From a virus: DNA of 64,000 bases. A program made the translations under genes and the position numbers. Positions 38,601 through 47,880 of the stretch are shown in pieces. Below the pieces are notes generated by a model. That model ran no database searches and was not told the DNA's origin. It saw only the letters and a program-made list of their open reading frames with translations. The stretch lies in IMG/VR virus record IMGVR_UViG_3300037189_027540, positions 3,599 to 67,598 of that record. One strand, written 5' to 3'. Every line of letters begins with the position of its first letter. The first letter of the stretch is position 1.

Positions 38601-41600
38601 CTTGATTAAAGATAGCGGAAAAGTTTACATCTTTGTCAGAGTAAAATCTTAAATCTGCGAAAGTAGCTGCATTAATCAGGATTCTTGAAATATTAATATT
38701 AGCATTGGCATTAATGATTGGGCCGTTATACCACGACCCATTATTTAGTGAAATAGCAGTAAAGCCTGATTTTAGTCGCTTGAACGCAAGGAACGACCAA
38801 GCGTTGATGGGCAACGATATGTTAATAAGGGTAGATTCCACTCCATTCCATGCTACCCTCAACGTTCCTGGTGCCTGTAATCTTAGCTCGAATGTCTGAG
38901 TAGTTTCGACGTTTAAGTTAGTGATATTGTTGATATCTAATGAAATGATTGCCAGTTCTGTCGAACTAGCCACTGGCCTTATGAATACCGTGAAAACCAG
39001 TTCTTCGTCTGAGAACGTAAACCCACCAAACGTGGCGGAGTGTTGGGCTCCAGTTGACGGTGGCGTGAAGCCTGTCACACCATCGAAAGTCTCAAACACA
39101 CCTCCCACAGCTGCTATATCAGAGTCGTAAAAGTAATCATAAGTGTCTTGCGAGAAAGGGTAGTAGTGGTAAGGGGTATTAACATAAGGTGGCGTAGTAG
39201 TGGTTGTAGTTGATGTCGTAGTCGGACCAGGATCTCGACATGTCTCTGCATTGCCGCTACCACCACCGTATAACGTGAGTGCGTCAATAGAGCTAAGCTG
39301 ACGATCATATATCCTTAACTCGTCGAACGACCACTGCGTGGATCCACCTAGATCTAATACCATCCCGATCTTCTTCGGAGCGCCGATAGGTGTTAGTGGT
39401 CGGTAATCCCTTTGGTCGTCGACACACGCCTGTCCATTCAAGTAGAGTACGTAACGGTTGTAATGTCCATCATAGCTGATTACCAGGTGATTCCAAACAC
39501 CCACCTTCGGGCTGCTACCAAAATCACAGATAGTATATCTTGACGGCGGAAAATCATTTTTAAAATAATTTAGTAGGGGTCTACGATCTAAACCTGGTAA
39601 AATTTGAGACACGCTAGTGACGGGGACTTTCGAACCATCTTCATTAAGGTAAGAAAGCTGCAATACAGCGTCGCTACCTGTTGTGTCAAGTTTAGCTGTC
39701 TTGAAATCAGTGTCTTTGAACCATATGCTGATGCCATAACTGTTGCCTGACCCTATCATATTACAATATGCGCAGTTTTGCCAAATCGGAATTGATTCGG
39801 AAGCTAGCGACACTATACTCAAATACCCAGCTGGATCGACAGCAGAGTTATACACTACAGCATCACCCATCAAAGATGGCGTGAAATTTATATCACCGTA
39901 TGCATTGCACTGTAGCGGTGCATAAAGATTTATTCGACTAACATCCAATGCGTCATTGTCAAACGGGAATCGGTGAACCGGACACTGCACATCTCCTCCC
40001 GCAAGATATGGCCACGAATAATTTATACCGTTGCCGTAGTTGAACAGCTCTTTGGCCTTGGCTGCGAATATTAAAACATCCCAAATTACTAAACCACTTA
40101 CCATCAAAGTTTGAGCACCGGCAATATCTCTATCGTAATAAGGCGCCCATGTGCTGCCGTCGCCACCAATGTGTATGTAATTGAGATAGCCTAAAGCTCG
40201 CCTGTGGTACAAAAATTGCCAAGTTTTTTCAAACAGTATATTGTTTATACGATCAAGCATGGCGAAGGCGCTGATAGAAATTGTAGTCTGCAGATTGACA
40301 GGCCTTGCTTCGTCAATATACATGCAGATATTAAAGAAGTACCAAGTGTCTACTAGGAAATCAACATCTACTTTACCTAACCACGAACCATTATTCCCTT
40401 CATAGAAATAAAGATAGCCATCTCCTTCTAGAATAAGTCTAAACGTCCCGGAACGAGAGCTTTCGTTACTGGGGTTACTGGCGAATGTTATGATATTTTT
40501 TAGATGCCAATCTCCTTTTACGCAATTGAACTTAACCCAGAACTGAATTGTGCCGCGTGGCGATGGCGAAAGGTTTCCGCCGCCATTAAACATAAAAGAC
40601 TGCAAGCTATATGCGCGCAAGGCATGGCCGGATTCATATTTATCAAGTCTTAAAGCCACAGCTTTCAAAGAGCCATTGATGAGTGCAGCACTACCAGCAG
40701 CACTACCAGCCACATCTAAATAATTCAAGTTTCCGTTTACGTTTGTGATGAGATCCAAATTATGGTCGAACGAGGTAATGAACGGATTGAGAGCTGAGAT
40801 ACCTATGTTTGCAGCAACTCGATCGCCGATATCTCCGGCAAGAGGGAAATAATGCAAAGGTCTGGGTTCAGGTGGCTTTGTGGTGGAGGTGCCTGTGGTA
40901 GTGGTGGTAGTAGTAGTAGTGGTTGGGCAACCCAGCCCATTGACTACCCCTGCATTGTACATGGGCTCAACGTTTAAGCTATTGATCTTTAGGGAATCTG
41001 GATTGCCGGATCCTAAACAGATTAACCTTAAATCGGAGAAAGTCAACGCAGAATCGATAGCTGTATTGCTGCCCAATTGCCATGTAGCACCAATATTGAC
41101 CCATTCTGCAGAAACTATTAAGTCAGCTGCGATTGAAATCCGTGGTATACCATTACCGTATACAGTTAACGATTTAGAGCGTTGGGAATAACGAATAGCA
41201 TAATGGCAAAGCGATGTCATTGGTAAGCCGACGCCAGCTCCAGTACTTGTAACCACTGTAGCAGAAGCGGTCCTGACAGCAAAGTCACTATATAAATCTA
41301 ATGATAATGTAAAGGTATTTCGATATAGCTTGAGCAATAGCAAGTCGCTTGTTCCCGATCTCAAAACCAATCGAGCGATAGTCTGATTTGTTAAAGAAGT
41401 AGCTCCGAAAGAGCACCAGAAGCCAACCATCCAGTCGTAGAATACGGTAGATCCTGAACTATTTCCCCATGAGGTGACTCCATCTCTATTGGTCTCTAGT
41501 AAATTGATCGAGTTAACTGCACCGTTTGTGATGCGTGCGTCGGTCCTGTTAGTTGACGGCACGTAACTAAGGTTAGTTGGTGCAGTTATCAGAACGTTTG

Positions 41601-43593
41601 CACCCTTAGATGCACCAGTGTCATCGAGATTGCTTTTAAAGGCCAATAAATGCATAGGACAGCGCCAATCGTCAGGCGTATATGCTGGCACATCGGTGCC
41701 GTAACCTGCATTGTATATGGCTGATATCTGAGCGTCGCTAATGAACGTTGCAAAGATCCTCAAATCAGCTAGGTCTTGTCCAATAGCGTTAGGATTTACA
41801 CGTTTGCCGTCCGCAATTGGCACTCCTACGATATAACTTAAGTCAAAGTAACCACCTATTTGTAACCGTCTAGAGCCGGATTGGACACCACCTACTGCAG
41901 TTTCAAATATCTTCGTGCCGTTCTGTTTCCACACTTGAATATAGCAGTTACCGAGTTGAATTCTCAACGTTATGAAATACCACTCTGAAAACATCATCCC
42001 GGTTTGACCAGGAACTGCCTGATAGTAAAAGTCCGCTATCTTAACACTAGCTGTATTACTTGATGCATATAATTGTCCTGATATAATGCTCAAAAGAAAT
42101 ATTGAATTATCATCGTAAAGCAACTGTAGAATGTGGCGATCAGGAAGAGTTTCATTTGCAACGCCGCGCAACGGGAATTTCAGCCAGAATGTAATACTAC
42201 TTGCATTAAGATTAACGCCTTCGGCAACGTATTTGTAACCCTGGGTCGGATTGCTGAATGAAGAGGTAGGAGCTTTAAATCTAATTGCCCCAGTGGTGCT
42301 ATTAGTACGACTGCCAACGTATATTGCGTTCGGGTCGTAAGCAGTGTCATTTGCTATATTATTATCAGCGAAGTCTATCGAACCATTAGGGTAACCAACA
42401 GGATAGATCGAATTTACGTCTAAAAGACGCCTTTTAAAGTCATACGCATGGACTGGTGTTGCAGATGGTGCACCGGTGGTGGTAGTCGTCGTAACCGTCG
42501 TAGTTGGAGTGATAGTGGTGGTGGGCGTAACGGTCGTAGTAGTTGTAGTGGTTGTAGTGGTTGAAGTGGTTGTAGTGGCAGCAGTGCCAAACAATCTAAA
42601 CCTAGAAAGCCCTAGCACAGCGTTAGTGGCAACTGCACTCCTTATCCTCACGTACCGTGCCACGAAAGCGAATGGATAACAAGCCCAAATCCCGTAAACA
42701 GTATTCGCAAACACAAATGTAGCGCCAGTAGACGGCACTGTCGCTAGTTTATATGTGACGCCATCAGTACTATAAAGTATATTGGCGTCATTTAGATAAT
42801 TCATGCCACCAATGCGACCCTGATCGCCAATGCCACCAACAATCGGCGCTACACATGTCTGTCCGCTAGGTGCGACTTCTAAACTTGTAATATTGAAATT
42901 AGAGCCCAAATCGAAATTTATCCAAGCGGATTCATTAGCATTAGCTAGCCCGAAAGCCGCCCAACCGGTGCTGGCATCTCCGTCAGTCAGCTTTGCCAAT
43001 GAAATAGTCGGTTGCGACTTATCAATATTAAAGCAAGCTCGTAACTTCGCATCGGTACCTGTGTAGGTGGTTCGGTAGAAGTCGAAAGCTGAGATCGCTA
43101 AAGCAGTCCCAGTGCAACTCACGTTCGATATCGATTCGAATACTAGTTCTACTGATTCTAAAGAAAGAGGATATTGATTGGTCGCTATGCTGAACTGCCA
43201 AGTGACGTTGGGGTTCAAATCACCACTGTTTATAAGTTGAGCGTAATAAGTCGGGACTATAGCCGGTTGGTAAGTGCCACTGATCCAATTAGTGCCCGGT
43301 CCTGGCTGCGAAGCGCCAATCCCAGGGCCGGTAAACTCAAAAACTAGATCGGAGTTATTAAAATTCGAACCACTCAGCCCGTTTAGTATAGTACTGAGTC
43401 CCGAAGACAGGTCCGTGATAGTGGAAGAGACCCCGCCCTTGCCAGACATCTTTGTATACTTAACATATACTCTACTGATACCTGAGGTAGGTACACCCGT
43501 CGGGGTGACGAAGCTATTCCGAGCATTTTCGGTGCCTAACTGACTTGCACCAAGAAGTGTAAATTTATATATCATTAGTTTGCAGTCTTCCAA
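35671..43593 (-). CDS. Giant (2640 aa) multi-LamG protein with an N-terminal discoidin/F5-8-like domain and mucin-like Thr linkers; probable virion surface/adsorption protein
   Basis: About nine LamG-like repeats ('PVHAYDF', 'PMHLLAF', 'PLHYFPL', 'PVHRFPF', 'PYHYYPF', 'PIHHYKC', 'VHHYRFN', 'PHQYKLN', 'THYWKFD'), an F5/8-like segment 'LTDGDASTGW...WINFDLG...ARYVRI', and several poly-Thr tracts. Confidence 0.88.
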   Translation of the reverse strand: MEDCKLMIYKFTLLGASQLGTENARNSFVTPTGVPTSGISRVYVKYTKMSGKGGVSSTITDLSSGLSTILNGLSGSNFNNSDLVFEFTGPGIGASQPGPGTNWISGTYQPAIVPTYYAQLINSGDLNPNVTWQFSIATNQYPLSLESVELVFESISNVSCTGTALAISAFDFYRTTYTGTDAKLRACFNIDKSQPTISLAKLTDGDASTGWAAFGLANANESAWINFDLGSNFNITSLEVAPSGQTCVAPIVGGIGDQGRIGGMNYLNDANILYSTDGVTYKLATVPSTGATFVFANTVYGIWACYPFAFVARYVRIRSAVATNAVLGLSRFRLFGTAATTTTSTTTTTTTTTTVTPTTTITPTTTVTTTTTTGAPSATPVHAYDFKRRLLDVNSIYPVGYPNGSIDFADNNIANDTAYDPNAIYVGSRTNSTTGAIRFKAPTSSFSNPTQGYKYVAEGVNLNASSITFWLKFPLRGVANETLPDRHILQLLYDDNSIFLLSIISGQLYASSNTASVKIADFYYQAVPGQTGMMFSEWYFITLRIQLGNCYIQVWKQNGTKIFETAVGGVQSGSRRLQIGGYFDLSYIVGVPIADGKRVNPNAIGQDLADLRIFATFISDAQISAIYNAGYGTDVPAYTPDDWRCPMHLLAFKSNLDDTGASKGANVLITAPTNLSYVPSTNRTDARITNGAVNSINLLETNRDGVTSWGNSSGSTVFYDWMVGFWCSFGATSLTNQTIARLVLRSGTSDLLLLKLYRNTFTLSLDLYSDFAVRTASATVVTSTGAGVGLPMTSLCHYAIRYSQRSKSLTVYGNGIPRISIAADLIVSAEWVNIGATWQLGSNTAIDSALTFSDLRLICLGSGNPDSLKINSLNVEPMYNAGVVNGLGCPTTTTTTTTTTGTSTTKPPEPRPLHYFPLAGDIGDRVAANIGISALNPFITSFDHNLDLITNVNGNLNYLDVAGSAAGSAALINGSLKAVALRLDKYESGHALRAYSLQSFMFNGGGNLSPSPRGTIQFWVKFNCVKGDWHLKNIITFASNPSNESSRSGTFRLILEGDGYLYFYEGNNGSWLGKVDVDFLVDTWYFFNICMYIDEARPVNLQTTISISAFAMLDRINNILFEKTWQFLYHRRALGYLNYIHIGGDGSTWAPYYDRDIAGAQTLMVSGLVIWDVLIFAAKAKELFNYGNGINYSWPYLAGGDVQCPVHRFPFDNDALDVSRINLYAPLQCNAYGDINFTPSLMGDAVVYNSAVDPAGYLSIVSLASESIPIWQNCAYCNMIGSGNSYGISIWFKDTDFKTAKLDTTGSDAVLQLSYLNEDGSKVPVTSVSQILPGLDRRPLLNYFKNDFPPSRYTICDFGSSPKVGVWNHLVISYDGHYNRYVLYLNGQACVDDQRDYRPLTPIGAPKKIGMVLDLGGSTQWSFDELRIYDRQLSSIDALTLYGGGSGNAETCRDPGPTTTSTTTTTTPPYVNTPYHYYPFSQDTYDYFYDSDIAAVGGVFETFDGVTGFTPPSTGAQHSATFGGFTFSDEELVFTVFIRPVASSTELAIISLDINNITNLNVETTQTFELRLQAPGTLRVAWNGVESTLINISLPINAWSFLAFKRLKSGFTAISLNNGSWYNGPIINANANINISRILINAATFADLRFYSDKDVNFSAIFNQGKPKPLTVFNWRYQYKNPIHHYKCDGTAIDKIYGLDLAAGASTSYSAGAPKLGGQSLRVGGSVSYDVAFNANTGPVPGGVISNAGGQGDYGYAFWLDWGQDTYSGKITSQESTTTIWFSLQVLRTATDATLSLSVVNFFGTTVTTSIYVTPLSTLPKWTHVAFRYNSLNEVLFAYIDAVCVATTAVLIRPIANLQAIQQTLYLGSSATVGAMPQVNFNDYRIYMFLRGQDVAKLFEGTYESYAPTFPPTTDQVHHYRFNNTTYDSWGNQDLVPISNGGYGITYVNRTFAGVSQPCGARFRAINTEYAWYNVSSSGNWLSAGLSSFTVAGWFRIDSNPPLNQATGTILFIRSQVAEVDDIHVFYDQQNVYCNSATIIFGWPQNTWTFISIQRVGNAISIAINQGTSTSIPLTAEDRAMSFGDFILGGAPVNVATEATYQFGNVSISDVVVYKAIVDLSSYYNLGLGTFSDSWGEDAALWYCGPHQYKLNSSGEDSNGYLPLTIGVGTSFNAGKINNALTVNGSEYYDATKNAVAAGAAGAPFNTLGNNFSIAFWAKWQDTFILGGTLLTTFDSSIGSAKPTISLATAPQNATGTGTGTGTGTGTGTGTGTGTGTGPNVPAWEVTIMDSGGTEDVVTIALDLAESQFSDTWTHYALTYNNGNFTAYLDSKVVGSYGVNRANINPNTLVLGAASGSMPSVAFDDVRTFSNTLTGWDVAELYNAGAGTEDSCNGTTTTTTPAPTTAPPPIPLTYLTHYWKFDRNTYDYYAVINSTGGQDWLSSGLTAFEVGKINYAISTSSTYLSSLIYDCNFFSLLPRASYSWAMWLRVNADSNGTILANEGTLDLNINYVQNGVGYDLRFGTETFKAGLSYGVWYSLVISTIYNGTTINTSCYVNDNPPVSYAVFSTSHTLATVFLGRSLDLQSFSSISVCELRFYETYLTTSDAFSFYSFGNGYSIPCNDPTTITTVSPTTTTTAAP
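36761..36831. repeat. Perfect hexamer tandem repeat (CCAGTG, about 11.8 copies) encoding (Thr-Gly)12
   Basis: Directly visible; in frame within 35671..43593. Confidence 0.95.
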
Positions 43594-43805
43594 ACCTTTA
43601 GGCCAGGTTTATTGCCCGGTACTTTCACATATAACGTGTTAAGCACCGCATGATAGTAATAATCATCGCGATATGTATTAGGGTCTGGTTCGAAAGCCGT
43701 AATATTCACCATTTTTACACCGAATGGCTGCTGTAACCATACAGTATGGCCAATTGATGATTGTTGGTTACGTATGCTAAGAATAGTCTCAATTTGAGTA
43801 GACAC
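43575..43805 (-). CDS. Small hypothetical protein upstream of the giant LamG gene
   Basis: 76 aa with 'DYYYHAVLNTLYVK', overlapping the start of the giant gene. Confidence 0.55.
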   Translation of the reverse strand: MSTQIETILSIRNQQSSIGHTVWLQQPFGVKMVNITAFEPDPNTYRDDYYYHAVLNTLYVKVPGNKPGLKVWKTAN

Positions 43806-43876
43806 TGATAATCTCGCAACCGGTAATCTATTATATGTAAATTTGGCGGAGCGAATATATAATTAATAAGTTAATA

Positions 43877-44143
43877 TTGTACAAGTTAGCCAATATGGAT
43901 AGAAGCTTTATGCAGCGTCCAATGTTTAATGTCTGCGAACCGTTTTTGGACGTTTACGTCGTACAGTTGAACGTAGAAATGAAGGATATGCTACTAGACG
44001 TATTAGACCAATGTGGTGTATTAGAGAAAGAACTATATGCTTTTAAAAGGTCGTTGCAAAACCCAACTGCCAGTCGTGAACTCCGCACTCAAAAAAAACG
44101 CAGAGAATCTAACGAAGAACGTAACGACGATTGGTCTACGTGA
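43877..44143 (+). CDS. Hypothetical protein
   Basis: 88-aa ORF preceded by a GAATATAT motif. Confidence 0.5.
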   Translation: MYKLANMDRSFMQRPMFNVCEPFLDVYVVQLNVEMKDMLLDVLDQCGVLEKELYAFKRSLQNPTASRELRTQKKRRESNEERNDDWST

Positions 44144-44978
44144 GCACTTCGAAAGAATAAGCTTGATCCGTGGCGTCCTACGTATGGATTTGAACTTCTA
44201 CACCAATCAGTCTCCGATCTCGGACGAAACACTCCTTAATCATCGGTTTTGTGATACTGACTTTAAAATAGACAGAAACGCTACAGAGCATGCTATATTC
44301 ACAGCGCAAGGCGAAAAGATCGCCTTCCTGAAATATAACATCTACCGAAAGCAATTGAGAGAAGCATTATTTAGGGAGGACATAGATTTCGTAGAATTAT
44401 CCACGCTCAAGCACACATACGACGATCTTAGGCATATGATAGCTTCCTGCTATGCGAGTCTTGCACATTTCGCCACTACCAAATACGAAAGCCAACGTAC
44501 CAGGAACGCCACATATGAAGATGAATACGAGATGTGCTGCTTAACATTGATGCGATCGATCGATCTTTATAACCCCGCCCTCGGATTTAGATTTTCCACC
44601 TACGTAATGAAAGGGATGTTGCAGAACCTTTATAGCAAAGTCCATAGCAATAGATCTAACATCATGAAAGTCTGGAATAAGACCTCTTCCTGGGATTGCG
44701 AATATGGTCAAGAGACTAACATTTCAGATTATGACTGGCGGAAAATAGATCTCAAAGCAGATTGCAAAGACCTCGTAAATTATGGATTCAAGAATCTAAC
44801 GCCAAATCAGCAGCATGTTGTAATATACCGCTTCGGCTTAGGGGTGACGCCTAGGACGTTGGAAGAGATCTCACAGCAATTAGGCGTTACTAGGGAACGA
44901 GTTAGGCAAATCGAAAGCAAGGCAATCAGAACGTTGCAATTGACATGTGAAAAATTCAGGGAGGCGATCCATGATTGA
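44037..44978 (+). CDS. Sigma-70 family RNA polymerase sigma factor (true start probably downstream of 44037)
   Basis: Region 2 'LMRSIDLYNPALGFRFSTYV'; region 4 HTH 'YRFGLG..PRTLEEISQQLGVTRERVRQIESKAIRTL'. Confidence 0.9.
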   Translation: MLLKGRCKTQLPVVNSALKKNAENLTKNVTTIGLREHFERISLIRGVLRMDLNFYTNQSPISDETLLNHRFCDTDFKIDRNATEHAIFTAQGEKIAFLKYNIYRKQLREALFREDIDFVELSTLKHTYDDLRHMIASCYASLAHFATTKYESQRTRNATYEDEYEMCCLTLMRSIDLYNPALGFRFSTYVMKGMLQNLYSKVHSNRSNIMKVWNKTSSWDCEYGQETNISDYDWRKIDLKADCKDLVNYGFKNLTPNQQHVVIYRFGLGVTPRTLEEISQQLGVTRERVRQIESKAIRTLQLTCEKFREAIHD

Positions 44979-45861
44979 TGAACTGCAAGCGCTACGCCAA
45001 TCCATACATCACAATTTAGTCACATTGGACGAATTAATTCGACGGTTAGAAGCACCCATCAAGCCGACTATTATTGAATCAGCATGGCCTGATCTTCTAG
45101 ATCCCGAGTGGCCAGCTGCTTGGCCCCAACATCTTATTTCTGATTGTCATACTCTACAAGAGAAGACTTATCGAGCCATACAGATTGCGTCTAGCTACGA
45201 TATAGCTCTGCTAAAAGATTATAGGATCTTAGACTTTGGCTGCGGAGATGGTCTAGTAGCAAATGAATTAGTTAAGCGCGGAGCGTCTGCCGTATGTGCC
45301 TATGACATTGCACCTGATAAAGCTTGGGACGGCATCGATAATTCCAAGATCACATTTATCACCGATCTAGAATCAGTGCTAGTTAACGCTCCGTATAACA
45401 CGATTATCTTGCACGACGTTATCGATCATGTGCCGTCAAGCACTTTGGAGCCAGCATTAAAACAAATTTTGGACGTATGCGCTAACGACGTTCGATTAAT
45501 AATCACAGCTCATCCATTTACTAGTCGCCATGGCGGCCATTTATACGATGCAAAAAATTTGGCTTACCTACAACTGTTGTATAGTGAAGACGAGCTTGCA
45601 TCTAAACAAATCAGATGCCCATACAACAACCGCTGGTCTAGGCCGCAAGCAGCTTACGAGAACGTGTTTAAGCGCCTAGGCTTAAACATCATGCGCAAAG
45701 AGGTAGATGTAGACCAGTTAGAGCCTTGGATTGTGAATAGGTTACTACCAATTATTGTTAAGCGAATCTACGATAACCAGATCTCTACGGATCAAGCAGA
45801 GAAAATCTTATCAGTATCATGGGTCCAATATCTATTGGGCACTGGAGCTAAAAATGAATAA
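44971..45861 (+). CDS. Class I SAM-dependent methyltransferase
   Basis: Motif I 'ILDFGCGDG', 'AYDI', 'IILHDVIDH', 'SRHGGH'. Probable start ATG 44971 after GGAGG. Confidence 0.85.
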   Translation: MIDELQALRQSIHHNLVTLDELIRRLEAPIKPTIIESAWPDLLDPEWPAAWPQHLISDCHTLQEKTYRAIQIASSYDIALLKDYRILDFGCGDGLVANELVKRGASAVCAYDIAPDKAWDGIDNSKITFITDLESVLVNAPYNTIILHDVIDHVPSSTLEPALKQILDVCANDVRLIITAHPFTSRHGGHLYDAKNLAYLQLLYSEDELASKQIRCPYNNRWSRPQAAYENVFKRLGLNIMRKEVDVDQLEPWIVNRLLPIIVKRIYDNQISTDQAEKILSVSWVQYLLGTGAKNE

Positions 45862-46219
45862 TTCTTTCAACGTGCTAATCTTAAAATTATTCGAAGCAAG
45901 GCAAATAGCGCACCTTGCACACTTTGCTACCAAGTCATTTTCTAAACACGAGGCTCTAGATGTCTTTTACACACAATTGCTACCGCTGATTGATGAATTA
46001 GTAGAAGTGTATCAAGGCGAATTTGGCTTGATCGAACTTGCTAGTATCTCACCAGCGCAATTGTCGCAAGAGATGGCTCCGTACTTGCGACAATTGGCTA
46101 AGCAATTGAAATCAGCCAATCAAAACTTATCTGGCTCTTATTCTTACTACGCTAATATTATCGATGAAATAACGGCTTTAGTCTACCGGACGGTTTATAA
46201 ATTAGAAAACCTTGGCTAA
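45854..46219 (+). CDS. Ferritin-like four-helix phage protein (DUF5856-like)
   Basis: 'HLAHFATKSFSKHEALDVFY...IDELVEVYQG...NIIDEI...TVYKL'. Confidence 0.75.
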   Translation: MNNSFNVLILKLFEARQIAHLAHFATKSFSKHEALDVFYTQLLPLIDELVEVYQGEFGLIELASISPAQLSQEMAPYLRQLAKQLKSANQNLSGSYSYYANIIDEITALVYRTVYKLENLG

Positions 46220-46506
46220 TGTTACAGCTAACCAACTCGATTTACAGCTTAGCGATAAAGAAGCGCCTAGACGCATTGTATACCAGTGATGTTACCACTC
46301 AGGCCGCATTTGACTTTATTAAAAGACATATTCCAGATGGCTTTGCAATATTTCCACTATCTTGCGAGGACTTTGTAATATACGATAGTGGAAATGGCAA
46401 GGCGTCAAGCGTATTAATCACGGCATCTGATCTTGATAGGCCAGATTTCGATAGTTGGATAATAGCTTATGTGCTTGATGCTGCCTCCTCGTCATCATCT
46501 AGATAG
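46219..46506 (+). CDS. Hypothetical protein
   Basis: 95 aa with a TAATG stop-start overlap to the preceding gene. Confidence 0.55.
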   Translation: MLQLTNSIYSLAIKKRLDALYTSDVTTQAAFDFIKRHIPDGFAIFPLSCEDFVIYDSGNGKASSVLITASDLDRPDFDSWIIAYVLDAASSSSSR

Positions 46507-46805
46507 TCAAAATACTCGTCCTCATCATCTTCGTCGTCGTCATCATCATCTTCGTCATCATCTTCGTCGTCATCGTCATAATCCTCGTCATCGTCATAAT
46601 CTTCGTCATCGTCCTCATCTTCATCATCTTCTTCTTCATCGTCGTAGTCGTCCTCATCATCAAGATCGTCGCTGTCACCGAATCCATCTAGATCGTCGTC
46701 ATCGATGTCAATATTACAAACAGCGATGTCTGACCATTTGGTGCAGCACGGGTCAATTATAGAGTAGCTAATTTGGAACGCATCATAAACCATATTAGTC
46801 TCCAC
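46467..46805 (-). CDS. Extremely acidic Asp/Glu-rich small protein
   Basis: A tract of roughly 70 residues that is almost entirely D/E with periodic Tyr. Confidence 0.65.
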   Translation of the reverse strand: METNMVYDAFQISYSIIDPCCTKWSDIAVCNIDIDDDDLDGFGDSDDLDDEDDYDDEEEDDEDEDDDEDYDDDEDYDDDDEDDDEDDDDDDEDDEDEYFDYLDDDEEAASST

Positions 46806-46817
46806 TTAGGGGTCACT

Positions 46818-47048
46818 ATGTTATCTTTACTGCTAGTCGAAGATACTGGAGAGAAGCTAGGTAAAATTAATCTCTATAAAACAGAGCCTTTCGATTTTAC
46901 CTCTACGCAAATCCAAAATATTAGAGCCGCATCCGCAAGGCTTTTTGCGCAATCAAATGGCGTGTACGAATGGATTCTAACTGACCAGCCCGGTACGGTA
47001 AATCCAAGTGTAACCACTACCACCACGACAGTTAAGCCTAAGCTTTAG
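46818..47048 (+). CDS. Small protein with C-terminal poly-Thr tail
   Basis: Probable start ATG 46818; ends 'PSVTTTTTTVKPKL'. Confidence 0.5.
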   Translation: MLSLLLVEDTGEKLGKINLYKTEPFDFTSTQIQNIRAASARLFAQSNGVYEWILTDQPGTVNPSVTTTTTTVKPKL

Positions 47049-47824
47049 ACTTTGCGGTATTGAGTGAGGACTTCGAACTTTCCAATCTCGTATTCGACCA
47101 GCTCGTAGTCGCCGAAAATATTCGGAGCCTCTTCCTTCATTACTAATAAGATAGCAATAGCTAAAGTCCGTATCTCATCATCAGCATGACGAGTTCCACG
47201 TAGCTCTATGAAATGCCTTAAAGCTCGCGCATTAGCAGTAACAAAAATCTTCGTCTCAGTAGCATTTGGCAATACACTGCGTGCAGCCTGCCTTGCTTGC
47301 TTCCTCCTTGATGTCCTATCGGTTACGTGCGCAAGCTTAGCATTTAACTTTTCAGCTAATTCGCAATAACCATCATGAGCAGCTTGCACAGTTTTTAACC
47401 AAATCTCGTGTAGCTCTGGGTCCGCTGCTATAATCTCAGGCTCCACGTATTCAGCTACCGATTCGTCAACGTACCTCTGGCTTAATTGGCTGTATCCGAA
47501 TCCAGCTCGGTGACGTACCAGTTCATGGGTAAGGCTTCTGCTTATGTCTGTGATTACAAGATTCCACATGCCGTGCTCAAGCACGCTACCGTGGCCCACC
47601 TCTAATATGTGACTAAGATATGCTTTGTTGCCACCTGGCCTAGGTTTTGCGAAGCTCATATAGCAGATGCGTCCGGCCATCTCGGTTAGCAATTCTGCGG
47701 GCTCATTGGTATCAGACTCCCACTGTACTTCATGATCGTCTAGGAATTGCTTGATCTCATCCTGGTCGCACATTTGTCGACCAACCACATACACAGAAGG
47801 TTGGCTAGCCACCTTAATCATCAT
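47045..47824 (-). CDS. thyX: Flavin-dependent thymidylate synthase
   Basis: 'GHGSVLEH', ThyX motif 'SRSLTHELVRHRAGFGYSQLSQRYV', 'ARSVLPNATET', 'NARALRHFIELR'. Confidence 0.97.
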   Translation of the reverse strand: MMIKVASQPSVYVVGRQMCDQDEIKQFLDDHEVQWESDTNEPAELLTEMAGRICYMSFAKPRPGGNKAYLSHILEVGHGSVLEHGMWNLVITDISRSLTHELVRHRAGFGYSQLSQRYVDESVAEYVEPEIIAADPELHEIWLKTVQAAHDGYCELAEKLNAKLAHVTDRTSRRKQARQAARSVLPNATETKIFVTANARALRHFIELRGTRHADDEIRTLAIAILLVMKEEAPNIFGDYELVEYEIGKFEVLTQYRKV

Positions 47825-47880
47825 ATCCCCCCAATTCTGTAGATAACTGAACCATTTAAATTAAATACAGTCAGAAACAA

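Noticed and set aside
46469-46762. His/Arg-rich ORF (+) and Met/Thr-rich ORF 46499..46687 (-)
   Set aside because: They are alternative-frame readings of the GAY/GAR repeat of the acidic protein.
47833-47846. AATTCTGTAGAT resembles the 3' end of a Cas12a repeat
   Set aside because: The TCTAC arm of the repeat hairpin is missing, and the copies are isolated rather than arrayed.
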